DNA of 64,000 nt from a bacterium (GCA_003252295.1 QKEV01000015.1:24242-88241); one strand, 5' to 3'; counted from the stretch's first letter, positions 49,572 through 60,057 are shown. Notes: generated by a model from the letters alone, not told the origin. Numbers and translations are program-made.

Positions 49572-50162
49572 ATGAACAAAGTGCTCGTAGGACTTCTTGT
49601 AATCGTTGCAGTGGTTGTAGTAACCGTTTGGACTGGCTACAATGGCATCGTAACGAAGGATGAGGATGTCAGTAAGTCGTGGAGCGAAGTACAAAATCAG
49701 CTTAAACGGCGGTCAGACCTTATTCCAAATCTTGTTAAGACCGTTGAAGAGTATGCAAAGCATGAGCGCGGTGTGTTCAATGAGGTTACCGAGGCTCGAG
49801 CAAAAGTTTCGCAGGCGATCAACATCAATGCATCAGACCTGGCAAACAACCCTATGTTGCAAAAGCAACTCAGTGAAGCTCAGCAAAGCTTGAATGCTTC
49901 CCTGAGCCGACTCATTGCAGTATCGGAAAACTATCCAGATCTCAAAGCGAACCAAAACTTCCTCAAGCTCCAAGATGAGCTTGCTGGGACGGAAAATAGG
50001 ATTGCGGTTGCACGTGGTCGTGCTATTGATTCGACGAACAGCTACAATGCTTCCCGTCGCCGGTTCCCTGTAAATCTGCTTGCAAACTTCTTTGGTTTCG
50101 GAGCCAAAGAGTATTACAAAGCAGAGGAGAGTGCTCAGGCGGTGCCGGTTGTATTCAACTGA
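49572..50162 (+). CDS. lemA: LemA family protein
   Basis: LKRRSDLIPNLV, ENYPDLKANQNF, ENRIAVAR. Confidence 0.93.
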   Translation: MNKVLVGLLVIVAVVVVTVWTGYNGIVTKDEDVSKSWSEVQNQLKRRSDLIPNLVKTVEEYAKHERGVFNEVTEARAKVSQAININASDLANNPMLQKQLSEAQQSLNASLSRLIAVSENYPDLKANQNFLKLQDELAGTENRIAVARGRAIDSTNSYNASRRRFPVNLLANFFGFGAKEYYKAEESAQAVPVVFN

Positions 50163-50182
50163 ACCACAACAGGAGGGGTGAT

Positions 50183-51028
50183 ATGAAGTTTCGGTCTATT
50201 ATGACGATCGTGATCGCATTTTGCACATTCACGTTCGCTACGGCATCAATTGCTGCATCGGTTCCAAAGCTCACGGGGCACGTAAATGATTACGCTGGTC
50301 TCATGAGTAAGGAGCAACGTGCTGTGCTTGAACAGACGCTGACGGATCTCGAAAAACGTACCACCGCACAGGTTGCCATCCTCACGGTCAAAAACCTTAA
50401 TGGTGAAGACCTTGAGGATTACTCAATCAATGTTGCAAGTACCTGGAAACTCGGTCAAAAGGATGTCGATAATGGCCTCCTTATCCTCTATACGGTACAG
50501 GAAGATAAGTACAGAGTAGAGGTGGGTTACGGACTTGAGGGCGGTATTCCTGACGGTAAGGCGGGTGACATTATCCGTCAAAAGCTACGTGCACATGCTG
50601 ACCCATCAAAAGGTCTTCATGATTTTTCTGCAGGGTTCAATGCTGCTGTGCAGTCAATCTCAGACATAATTACCAAAGAGTACGCTAAAGATCCAACCGG
50701 AAAGAGTCTTGCAAAAGATACTAGTGGTGAAAAATTGATCTTCGTTCTTATTGCCATTGCCCTTGTTGCAAATGTTGTGGGACTACTTACTGGTGAAATA
50801 CCTGGTACGATCATAGGTTGTGGTATAGGGTTCACTGGAGCGTGGCTGCTCGGATATGCTTTGTTTGGATACATTATGTTAGCTTTGCTTGGGGCCATTT
50901 GTGGTTTTGTCGGAAGAGAAGTATCCGTTGTTGATATTGCTCTAAGTAGTAGCTCAGGCGGTGGCGGTTTAGGCGGCGGATTCAGTGGCGGCGGTGGCGG
51001 TTTCGGCGGTGGCGGCGCAAGCGGTTGA
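50183..51028 (+). CDS. TPM domain (YgcG-like) membrane protein
   Basis: VNDYAG, WKLG..DNG, VEVGYGLEG, C-terminal GGGGGFGGGGASG; follows lemA. Confidence 0.92.
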   Translation: MKFRSIMTIVIAFCTFTFATASIAASVPKLTGHVNDYAGLMSKEQRAVLEQTLTDLEKRTTAQVAILTVKNLNGEDLEDYSINVASTWKLGQKDVDNGLLILYTVQEDKYRVEVGYGLEGGIPDGKAGDIIRQKLRAHADPSKGLHDFSAGFNAAVQSISDIITKEYAKDPTGKSLAKDTSGEKLIFVLIAIALVANVVGLLTGEIPGTIIGCGIGFTGAWLLGYALFGYIMLALLGAICGFVGREVSVVDIALSSSSGGGGLGGGFSGGGGGFGGGGASG

Positions 51029-51188
51029 TGTTAAATCTTTTTCTTTTTAAAAAGGCCAGGAGCATGCTCTTGGCCTTTTATGTTTCTTTTTTTAAAAATG
51101 CTATATATCGACAAATAAAACATTGTTGTACATTATCTCCAGGAACCGTAGTTTACATAGCACTTTAAATATTTTTTTGGGAGGATAT

Positions 51189-51463
51189 ATGTCTGCCGTA
51201 ACTACAATAATTCGTCTGTCTCAAAACAGTGTCAATGATCTGTTTGCAAGGCAGGAGCGTGTCTTGTCATGAGTAACGATGAAACAACTCTAGATGTTAA
51301 AGTTGATCTTACCAGGTATAGGATTGTTTTTTTTCCACTCTGATGAACTTCATGACAACTTCAGTATGCCAGAAGGAAAATATGACAGGGTAAGGTTGAT
51401 TAAAAAATCTTCAAACAGAAAGCGGTTAGTAAAAGAGACGAGTGATAATGTTATGATGAAGTG
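51189..51463 (+). pseudogene. possible frameshifted small gene remnant
   Basis: SD gggagga + ATG, then short overlapping frames with a break in a T8 run; hairpin at 51490-51522. Confidence 0.3.
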
Positions 51464-51569
51464 ATCATTACTAAAAGTAGCGACACAAACCCACTAATAA
51501 GAGCAGTACTCTCATTAGCGGGTTTTCTTTTACGTATGGTTATTTCATGATTAAGACTGTTGATTTTGT

Positions 51570-51941
51570 TTAACTTTTCTTGCTAATAAACAAGAAAAGT
51601 AATGACACTACAATCAGTGGGATACCAACCATAAAGTAGTACACTGAGTATGTTGTGTCTGCTCCAGCAATATCTATGACACCTTGGTACATACTGCCAA
51701 CAGTGAGTGTTGCCACCCCGGCATTGTATAGGTTGTACGAAACTCTTTCATACTCACCTCTGAAGTAGAGTGCTGTGTACACACCTACACCAAGGACAAG
51801 TGGGTACAGAAAAGCAAGTCGCATGCTGTTTGATATGACACCGTGTCCAAGGTACGAGTAGACATTACTAAAAACTATGCAGAAGAGTGTTACTGCTGAG
51901 TACACCATGATTGTTTTTTTAAGTGTCTTCTTTGTGTTCAT
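51570..51941 (-). CDS. small membrane protein
   Basis: Four hydrophobic segments; last gene of a three-gene operon. Confidence 0.75.
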   Translation of the reverse strand: MNTKKTLKKTIMVYSAVTLFCIVFSNVYSYLGHGVISNSMRLAFLYPLVLGVGVYTALYFRGEYERVSYNLYNAGVATLTVGSMYQGVIDIAGADTTYSVYYFMVGIPLIVVSLLFLFISKKS

Positions 51942-51943
51942 GT

Positions 51944-52891
51944 TTAGTATCCGATGTAAATAATGTCACTCACAGCCCGCTCACCTATACCGTGTCCAGA
52001 TGTTGGGTTGTTCACAACCTCACCATTAAAGATCATGGTAGATGAACCACCTCCATCTAAGTTGTACGCAACGGTGCATCCATAATCCTGCATGATTGTC
52101 GCGAGCTCATAGAGTGAAAGACCAGCACTGGCGCTCGTTCGTCCATCAGAGACCACAAATATGTAGTGTTGTGGATCGATCATGCCGATTGCTGTTCTCG
52201 GGTTACTGTTCATGGATCGTGAGGATACCTCTGAGTTGGTGTCCACGGTGAGTTCCCCTTCTACTATGAGACTTGGTCCAAAGGAGTATATCTGTACTGC
52301 TCCATCATTGAGAAGTTCTTCTGCATCAGTACTACTTTCGTCAACAACAGCAAAGCTACCATCGCTATAAATGACCAGATCTTCCGTACCATCACTTTGA
52401 GCTGTGCTTCGATATAGAACGCCATTTCGAAGCACAAAGCCATTGTTTCTAAAGCCGTAGTAGTCTCCATTTATTGCTAAGATGGCATTGTGGTTACTTG
52501 CTATAGTGGAAGTGTGTTCACTGATATTTCTACCGTAGCTATTTTCAGCAAATGCACTCTGCAGGTACTCAACACTGCTCACCTGAACATCAGCAATGTA
52601 CACCTCTGTATCGTACTCATTGACCGTGTGTAGTGTAATCTGTATGTTTTCATCCGCATATGTTGTATCCGTTATTGTTGCTTCATTGGTAGTCACTTCG
52701 GATGTTGCACCTATTGCTGTGCTGTTTGTTGTGTCAGTGTAGGCGAGTGTTTGTGTATTCTCTTTTGACACCTCAACCACTTCGTACCTCTGCACAATCA
52801 CAAAGGTGCTCAATAAGAACCAAACAGTTATTGTTGCAAGGAGTAGTGTGTATGTAATACCAAATATGCTTTTGTATCGTATAGGTTCCAT
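51944..52891 (-). CDS. phosphodiester glycosidase (NAGPA/DUF2233) family protein
   Basis: AINGDYY, NPRTAIG, DGR, AYNLDGGGSS. Confidence 0.9.
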   Translation of the reverse strand: MEPIRYKSIFGITYTLLLATITVWFLLSTFVIVQRYEVVEVSKENTQTLAYTDTTNSTAIGATSEVTTNEATITDTTYADENIQITLHTVNEYDTEVYIADVQVSSVEYLQSAFAENSYGRNISEHTSTIASNHNAILAINGDYYGFRNNGFVLRNGVLYRSTAQSDGTEDLVIYSDGSFAVVDESSTDAEELLNDGAVQIYSFGPSLIVEGELTVDTNSEVSSRSMNSNPRTAIGMIDPQHYIFVVSDGRTSASAGLSLYELATIMQDYGCTVAYNLDGGGSSTMIFNGEVVNNPTSGHGIGERAVSDIIYIGY

Positions 52892-52907
52892 GATGGTTCT
52901 TGTCGTG

Positions 52908-53975
52908 TTAATAAGCTTTTCTGCTGAATACCCAGTTTTTTTGAATCATAAAATTTGTCATAAACAGTACGAGGTCAACAAACATCTTGATGAACAGTAG
53001 TACAAATTTTGATGCACCGAACAATGCATTAAGGAGACTCGTTGCTATACCACTCACAAACATTTGAACACTAAATAGTGCGAAATATTTTTTCGACTCA
53101 GTTCCGGTGTTCTGTGAGTCCTTCTTTTCAAACGTCCATACTTTATTTAGGGTGAAATTGTAAGCACCGGAAAGAAGACGTGCCAAAATAGTTGAGAGGA
53201 TAATCGCATTGCCGACACTGATAACGTTAACCAGAAGGATGAAGAGTGTCACATCAAGAACAGCGGAAGAAAGCGATGAGAACACGTTCCGAAAAAAAGT
53301 TTTGTATATGCTATATGAGTCACTTAAGAACCGGAAGTGTGTCGTCCAGTCGGCATCGTAGATTGTGCTGATATCTACAGTTGTGTACGTAATGTCATGT
53401 TTGCACATGCTCTCTAGGAAGCGCATTTCGTAGTCATACCTGCTTCCTGGAACATTGAGTGCAAATGGGATGTACCTGCTTGGGATACCTCGTAAACCTG
53501 TTTGTGTGTCTTTTAAATCCTTTCCAGTTTTCAGTTTGAAGTACAGTGAAGAAAAAGAGTTCCCTATCTTGCTGGTGACGGGCATATTCTTGTTGTCAAA
53601 TTTTCTGGTACCCAAAACAACAGTGTCATTTTTCAACACTTCTTGCGCAACGTTTTTAATATCTTGTGGTGCATGCTGTCCATCGCCGTCAGCAGTAACA
53701 ATAACAGTGATATTTTTTTGGTTTTCAGAAATACGCTGTATTCCGGTTTTTAAAGCATCTCCCTTACCCCTGTTGACTGGGTGATGAGAAACATCACAGC
53801 CAAGTTCTTCAAGTTCACAAAAAATACTCTCGGAGATGTTGTTTGAGCCATCGTTCACGATGTATATGTTATACATGCCGATATCCATTAGTCGTTTTAC
53901 CAAGGCAACTAGTTTTGTATCTGGGTTTAATGTTGGAATGAGTACTGCTACATTTTTCATAAGCAATGAGAGCAT
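52908..53975 (-). CDS. GT2 glycosyltransferase fused to GtrA domain
   Basis: VNDGS, NRGKG, DGDGQH, DTQTGLRG, C-terminal 4-TM ending WVF. Confidence 0.9.
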   Translation of the reverse strand: MLSLLMKNVAVLIPTLNPDTKLVALVKRLMDIGMYNIYIVNDGSNNISESIFCELEELGCDVSHHPVNRGKGDALKTGIQRISENQKNITVIVTADGDGQHAPQDIKNVAQEVLKNDTVVLGTRKFDNKNMPVTSKIGNSFSSLYFKLKTGKDLKDTQTGLRGIPSRYIPFALNVPGSRYDYEMRFLESMCKHDITYTTVDISTIYDADWTTHFRFLSDSYSIYKTFFRNVFSSLSSAVLDVTLFILLVNVISVGNAIILSTILARLLSGAYNFTLNKVWTFEKKDSQNTGTESKKYFALFSVQMFVSGIATSLLNALFGASKFVLLFIKMFVDLVLFMTNFMIQKNWVFSRKAY

Positions 53976-54130
53976 ATATCACTGCTCTCATTGCTCTAGT
54001 ACGTACGTTTGCACCACGGTCTTTCATATCAGACTTTAGAAATATTGACTAATATATAAAATATTGTATAAATAAATACGGTACATAGTGAGAATATAGC
54101 TATATTACCCTCAACCAAAGGAGTGTTGAT

Positions 54131-54304
54131 ATGGAATCAAAAGCAATCAAAGAATTTACGGTAAGAGAAGGAAGTGTCGGTACCTACTACAAGATCGAAG
54201 TGTTATTTCGTGGTAAGGTTGTTGATACGTTTTTTAAACCCACTATGAAAGAAGCACAGTCAGCGTTTGAGAATGCTGGATACATAGCGGTTGTAAGTAA
54301 ATGA
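54131..54304 (+). CDS. 57-aa hypothetical protein
   Basis: MESKAIKEF...AVVSK; SD aaggag; TTGACT promoter upstream. Confidence 0.55.
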   Translation: MESKAIKEFTVREGSVGTYYKIEVLFRGKVVDTFFKPTMKEAQSAFENAGYIAVVSK

Positions 54305-54332
54305 CCCCAGCAAATTCTTGTGGAGAAATTGT

Positions 54333-54530
54333 ATGGATTTTACAGAAAAAATGGCTATAAAAGCCAATACAAGAAGAAAGAAGGGGCGAAGGTGGAAGAG
54401 AAACCCCGGCAGTTGGACCAATGAGGAAAAAGAGTTATTTACCCTGCTTACCGTTGGATATCTGACTGCAAGTGGTTACCGCTGTGAGTACGATATTCAC
54501 GGTTTTACAGGAAATGTATCACCAGCATAA
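54333..54530 (+). CDS. small basic hypothetical protein
   Basis: SD ggag; followed by hairpin 54533-54565. Confidence 0.5.
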   Translation: MDFTEKMAIKANTRRKKGRRWKRNPGSWTNEEKELFTLLTVGYLTASGYRCEYDIHGFTGNVSPA

Positions 54531-54687
54531 AAACCCTGCCCTGAGACCTGTCTCCGGGCAGGTTTCTTTTTTCACACCCTTGACTATCTTTTTTGAAATT
54601 CTATACTCGGCAAAGTGAGTTTTTTGAAAGTGCTAAACTAAAAGATCTATCAACAATGCATTGCTATCAACTACAGAGAGGTTGCCA

Positions 54688-54996
54688 ATGGAAGAATATT
54701 TTAAAAAAGTGGATGACTGCATACATGAGTTGCTAAACAAGAACCAGTATTGGACACATGAAAAAAAGATACGAGATCAAATAAGGATAATTAAGGGAGG
54801 TAATTTTGTTACAGATGAACTAGTTGAACGTATCTTTAACTATCGATCTGAGTCCGCTCTTGATATTTGGCAATTTCGGAGAGGTCTTGTTGATATCTGC
54901 AATGACTTATCAGTAGAACTTCCCAAGGACCCACACACCTTTGCTGTTTTTGTTGATTATTTGTTCCATATGGAGGATGTTGATGCACTCATTTGA
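54688..54996 (+). CDS. hypothetical protein
   Basis: SD gaggt; own TTGACT promoter-like sequence. Confidence 0.55.
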   Translation: MEEYFKKVDDCIHELLNKNQYWTHEKKIRDQIRIIKGGNFVTDELVERIFNYRSESALDIWQFRRGLVDICNDLSVELPKDPHTFAVFVDYLFHMEDVDALI

Positions 54997-55104
54997 TTTT
55001 TCATGAAAGAGCAAGAGTTTTTAGATAAAGTAGTTTTTATTGAATAGAATGAATAAGTAACAGGCGCCAGTTTGAAACTGGCGCCGTTTTGCTACTTACG
55101 TAGT

Positions 55105-55281
55105 TTAACTTTTTTGTTTTGCCTTTGCACAAGCTTTTTCAAAGGCTTTTTGTGATGCCTCTGGTGTACTACCATGACCGGTATGAACACCATTGGTGGT
55201 TTTATTACCATTCTCAATGTTGAAAATGATAACACCTGACTCTTTGGTTGTGCGGACGTCGTGAGCTTTCTTGTTAGACAT
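55105..55281 (-). CDS. 58-aa basic hypothetical protein
   Basis: MSNKKAHDVRTTK...KAKQKS; SD aaaggag. Confidence 0.55.
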   Translation of the reverse strand: MSNKKAHDVRTTKESGVIIFNIENGNKTTNGVHTGHGSTPEASQKAFEKACAKAKQKS

Positions 55282-55619
55282 GTTTGTCTCCTTTCATTGA
55301 GGTTGTACTACTTGATGCAGTATGCCCCATGCAAACTACACCAACCCTGCTTTTTTGACGACTGCATTTGGTGTACTGCTTTTTTTAACGACTCACGATC
55401 GTTCCGACCAAAAATATTAACTATTTATGACACTATCATTGTCATAAATTATGTCAATAATTTTTTAAGTCCCCAACAGAGGTGGGTCGTCGAGGATTTA
55501 TTTTATATTTGCTTTTTTACTGATCAGTAGTTTTAAGTAAGAGTAAAGAGTAGAGACTACCCTTCACTTTTTGTACAAAATAGTCGGTGTGTTGTGGTAA
55601 CACACCGACTATGTAGTTG

Positions 55620-56894
55620 CTATTTAGCTGCCCCCGCAATAAGCCTGTTCTTTCTAAACCAGGTAAACGGAACAACTACAATTCCCTCCTCGGTGACGGT
55701 AAAACCTCTTTCTCGATCACGATCGTGATCGAGACCAATTTCCGTACCTTTTGGTACGATAAGTCGTTGGTGTGGTCTCAGGTACGGGTCACTCACAAGA
55801 ATTGTCTTGTGCAGCGAACAATCAGACTCTATCGTTACCTGTGAGGGTATGATAGATGTAATAACCTTGCAACCCTCTTGCACGTTAACAGATATACCTA
55901 GTGTTGTGTACAACAAGTACGAATCAACAATAATGCATCCGTTTGGCACCATTGAGTTGAGTATTGAACTGCTATCCCTTTTGCCGCTACCAAACTTACT
56001 GGGCGCTGCCATGTAGTCACGAGGTGGTATCCTGAAAATATCGGAATACAAGTTCAGGGATGGGTTGTCAGAGCAAAAATTCTGATGTTCCTCCCAATAT
56101 GCCTTGATTGTTCCAACATCACGCCAGTACGGCTGCTGACCATCGACCATAGTTTCGCTAAACGGAAAGGCGTACACCTTTTTTCCATCAGCGATCATTT
56201 TTGGCACGATATCTTTACCGAAATCATGGTCTGAGGTTGGGTCAGCGGCATCGGCTTTCAGGTATCGTTCAAGTACTTTTTTCTTGAAGCAGTACACACC
56301 CATGGAACAAAATGCATGTCCAGGGTTACCTTGTACTTCAACAGGAACAGAAGGTTTTTCCGTAAAACCATAGATCTTGTTGTTTTGATCTGCTTCAATC
56401 ACACCGAACGCTTTTGCATCCTGAACAGGAACCGTAATTGCCATTACAGAAAGATCAGCACCACGTTCTCTGTGGAATTGCTCAAAGGCACTAAAATCTG
56501 CTTTGTAAATATGATCTCCCGAAACGATCATTACTGTTTCGTATCCGGCTGCATGATGAATGTGCTGCCATACAGCATCGGCAGTACCAGAGAACTCATT
56601 TCTCCCACATCGTCCTTCGGGACACAGTGTTTGAATATACACCCCTCCCCCAGGTCGTCTTGGAAAAACAGCATCAATGTGCTCAGTCAACGAAACGGCA
56701 TTCTTTTGAACAAGAACACCTATGTCTCGCAAACCAGAGTAAAACAGCGACCACATGACGAAGTCAAAAATGACATACACACCCAGAAATGGCACTGCCG
56801 GTTTGGCATACATCTCCGTGAGTGGTGATAGTCTGCTGCCTGCTCCACCTGCAAGTGCAAATGTTTTTACAGTATTCAGTAGCTTGTTGTGCAT
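55620..56894 (-). CDS. glgC: glucose-1-phosphate adenylyltransferase
   Basis: LAGGAGSRLSPLT, AKPAVPF, GTADAV, GDHIYK, FTEKP, DFGKDI, YWRDVGT. Confidence 0.93.
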   Translation of the reverse strand: MHNKLLNTVKTFALAGGAGSRLSPLTEMYAKPAVPFLGVYVIFDFVMWSLFYSGLRDIGVLVQKNAVSLTEHIDAVFPRRPGGGVYIQTLCPEGRCGRNEFSGTADAVWQHIHHAAGYETVMIVSGDHIYKADFSAFEQFHRERGADLSVMAITVPVQDAKAFGVIEADQNNKIYGFTEKPSVPVEVQGNPGHAFCSMGVYCFKKKVLERYLKADAADPTSDHDFGKDIVPKMIADGKKVYAFPFSETMVDGQQPYWRDVGTIKAYWEEHQNFCSDNPSLNLYSDIFRIPPRDYMAAPSKFGSGKRDSSSILNSMVPNGCIIVDSYLLYTTLGISVNVQEGCKVITSIIPSQVTIESDCSLHKTILVSDPYLRPHQRLIVPKGTEIGLDHDRDRERGFTVTEEGIVVVPFTWFRKNRLIAGAAK

Positions 56895-57184
56895 CGTACA
56901 CCCCCTTTTTTTGAATATTATTGCAACTTCTATAAATTACTATGCTGTGAAAATTATACAATTATTTTACAAATAGTCAATTAGTAACAACTACTCTCTT
57001 TAAAAATAAATTAAGTATGGAGGAGTGATCACTAATTCATAAATAGACTTCTCTGTTTAAAAGTTTTGAACAGTGTTCTGAAAATATGACCAAAATACAA
57101 CACAAACTGTACTATACTTGTATATGTACACAAATTTATTAGTTAATATTCCGTAATTTTTTCAATTACGCATAATTACTACTC

Positions 57185-59467
57185 ATGAATAAACTAGCAC
57201 CTCAAAAGATACTTTTTCTTGCTGGTATTGTCAGTGCCCTGATCCTTGTTGGATCTATCGGGTACGTAAATCACGAAAAGGTTAAGCAGCAGGAGTATGT
57301 TGCTTCTGTTATTAACTCACAGTTGGCAAAAGACAAAACAACCTCTGATGACGGGAAGGTATTTCCAACAGTAAGTCTTGAAGGACGGGCACATCTAGAT
57401 GATGCTGTTGCACGTCTTGGTGATAAGTTGCCAGAAGTTGCAGCTTGGTACGGCTACTCACCTGCCAGTCTCAGGACCATGTTAAAAAACGATCACTCAC
57501 TATGGCTTGATAAAGAAGCGCATTTGTATTACGCGGAAGATGTCCCAGAAGGTATAGAAACAGTGAGTTCAGCTACAGAAAGTATAGCGATTGGTTCACT
57601 CTATCCACTTGAGGATACTTTTAAGCTTCACAGTAATCCTGATGCAAAAAATGTTATCTATCTTGATTTTGATGGAATGCTTATTTCAGGCACCATGTGG
57701 AACACAAGTGACAACTCAGGAGAGGATATTGATGCTCCGGCTTGGGATATTGATGGTGATACGTCTACATTTGGTACCACTGAACGTGAGCGCATACAAC
57801 GGATTTGGCAACGAGTTGCTGAAGATTACGCACCGTTTAATGTGGATGTCACAACAGAACAACCTCCTCTTGATAGAATTCAACGGACTTCAACTTCGGA
57901 TGAGTACTACGGTACTGTTGCTCTCATCAGCCCGATTTCTAGCTACTTTGGCAACTACGGAGGTATTGCATATGTTGGTATATACAACATGACAAATAAC
58001 ATCTTTTATCAACCAGCACTAGTTTTTTCTGAGAAACTACAGAACAATGAAAAGTATATTGCGGAGGCTATATCACATGAGGTTGGTCATAATTTTGGTC
58101 TTTCACATGATGGAACAACTGATGGAACTAGTTACTATGGTGGTTCAGGAGTATGGGCGCCTATCATGGGCAGTAGTTACTACAAAAAAATAACTCAATG
58201 GAGTAAGGGAGAGTATCCACTTGCAAACAATACTCAAGATGATATCTCCATCATTGCTTCTAAGGGTCCTTCAGTTCTTGTTGATGATTGCGGCAGCACA
58301 CTTTCATCAGCGTGTATTCTTGGTTACAGTAGTGGTTCTGTGTTTGCAGATGGACTTATCGAACGTGCAGGTGATACTGATTTCTACTCATTTATGAGTG
58401 ATGCAGGATCTATGTCAATCACAGTAACCATGCACCCATCTGCTCCAAACCTAAATGCTCGAGTAAAACTTCTTGATGGAAGTGGAAATACTATTGCGAC
58501 TGCTTCTGATAGCTATACTTCGGTGGTACTTACTGCAACCGTAGAGAGTGGCACCTACTACATATCAGTACAGGGTGTTGCTGGAGCTGATTTTACTAAC
58601 TATGCGAGTTTGGGTCAGTACCAGATAAGTGGTACGGTAAACTACACAGGTAGTATGCCTCCAGTGGCAACAGCATCAGCAAATGTTACCTCAGGAAAAG
58701 CACCACTCACTGTTGATTTTTCAAGTGATGGTTCGTATGATCCTGATGGCCTCATTTCTTCTTACACTTGGTCCTTCGGTGATGGAGCAACTTCAAATGA
58801 AGTGAATCCAACACATATATTTACAGCAAGCGGTACCTACTCTGTGTCGTTAACCGTAACTGATGAGGAAGGTTTCAGTAGCTCAGACTCTGTTACTGTT
58901 TCAGTTACCAACAACGCTCCTGTTGCTGAAGTGACTGCGTCTCCTATACGTGGAAATATTCCTCTTGAAGTAGCTTTCGATGGTACTGACTCATATGACG
59001 TGGATGGAACGATTGTTGCATATGATTGGGTCTTTGGTGATGGTATGCGAGGTTCTGGTATGACGATTACACACACCTATGAAGCAGCAGGAACTTTCGT
59101 AGCGCAGCTTACGGTTACCGATAATGAGGGTGTTTCAAACTCTGCACCAGTAACCATTTCTGTTGTTGACCTGAATGCTGTTGCTGCTCCGACAGACCTG
59201 GCTGCTGTAAATGAAAGAAAGACAAGCAACGTTAACCTTACCTGGACTGACAATGCAGATAACGAGACGAGTTATGAGGTGTACCGTGCACTCTACGTAC
59301 GGAAAGCGACACCGAGCTACACGCTCATGGCTACACTTTCTGCTGACAGTGAGAGCTACAGTGAGACAACTCCGGGCAGTGGAACGTACCTCTACTACGT
59401 ACGTGCTGTGAATGCTACTGCTCAAACTGAAGCAGTGTCTGAAACTGTTAGTGTCAGAATAAAGTAA
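57185..59467 (+). CDS. secreted metzincin metalloprotease with PPC-like, two PKD and FN3-like domains
   Basis: HEVGHNFGLSH + APIMG Met-turn; WSFGDG and WVFGDG PKD motifs. Confidence 0.85.
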   Translation: MNKLAPQKILFLAGIVSALILVGSIGYVNHEKVKQQEYVASVINSQLAKDKTTSDDGKVFPTVSLEGRAHLDDAVARLGDKLPEVAAWYGYSPASLRTMLKNDHSLWLDKEAHLYYAEDVPEGIETVSSATESIAIGSLYPLEDTFKLHSNPDAKNVIYLDFDGMLISGTMWNTSDNSGEDIDAPAWDIDGDTSTFGTTERERIQRIWQRVAEDYAPFNVDVTTEQPPLDRIQRTSTSDEYYGTVALISPISSYFGNYGGIAYVGIYNMTNNIFYQPALVFSEKLQNNEKYIAEAISHEVGHNFGLSHDGTTDGTSYYGGSGVWAPIMGSSYYKKITQWSKGEYPLANNTQDDISIIASKGPSVLVDDCGSTLSSACILGYSSGSVFADGLIERAGDTDFYSFMSDAGSMSITVTMHPSAPNLNARVKLLDGSGNTIATASDSYTSVVLTATVESGTYYISVQGVAGADFTNYASLGQYQISGTVNYTGSMPPVATASANVTSGKAPLTVDFSSDGSYDPDGLISSYTWSFGDGATSNEVNPTHIFTASGTYSVSLTVTDEEGFSSSDSVTVSVTNNAPVAEVTASPIRGNIPLEVAFDGTDSYDVDGTIVAYDWVFGDGMRGSGMTITHTYEAAGTFVAQLTVTDNEGVSNSAPVTISVVDLNAVAAPTDLAAVNERKTSNVNLTWTDNADNETSYEVYRALYVRKATPSYTLMATLSADSESYSETTPGSGTYLYYVRAVNATAQTEAVSETVSVRIK

Positions 59468-59556
59468 ACAGTACTCGTAAAAAACAAAAACCTCCCGAAA
59501 CATGCGGGAGGTTTTTGTTTGTACCACACACCATGTACTGTGTGTATACTTACCTT

Positions 59557-60057
59557 ATGAAGCACATCATCGTCAATGACTCAATGCAAGAGTACTCATA
59601 CGTGCTTACTGAAAAGGTTGGTACAAACTTTCATCCTGACTTTACACCTCATCTTACCCCTCAGGAAATGCTCGAGCTTGGTGTCTTTGGTGGTCTCTAC
59701 ATGAGTGATGTTCCAGATGAGTTCCCTTCCCTTTGGTTTGAACATGCGAAGTTGTCACGCGATGGGAAACAACATAAGGAACTGAACTATTTTCATGTGC
59801 TAGCCAGTCAACCACTTGCGGTGTGGCGTGCAAAAGGGTGGATACATACTGATGATCCACGAGGGTGGTTCCAATGGTACTGCCGTTACTACCTAGGACG
59901 CAGACATGAGGATGACGATCGACAGATACGGCGGTGGAAAGCGATGCAGAGACATGTGGCGCAAGTGGTTCAAAATTGTCGAGTTGGTGATGAGTTTTGT
60001 AGACCACGGCAACGGCAAGCGTTGCTTCAATGGGCTTATGATTCGCGTAGATTGTAG
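59557..60057 (+). CDS. conserved hypothetical protein
   Basis: TPQEMLELGVFGG..DPRGWFQWYCRYYLGRR..DDRQIRRW pattern. Confidence 0.75.
   Translation: MKHIIVNDSMQEYSYVLTEKVGTNFHPDFTPHLTPQEMLELGVFGGLYMSDVPDEFPSLWFEHAKLSRDGKQHKELNYFHVLASQPLAVWRAKGWIHTDDPRGWFQWYCRYYLGRRHEDDDRQIRRWKAMQRHVAQVVQNCRVGDEFCRPRQRQALLQWAYDSRRL

Noticed and set aside
54333-54530. Myb/SANT domain suggested by GSWTNEEKELF
   Set aside because: Only the first helix motif matches; the later conserved Trp residues are absent.
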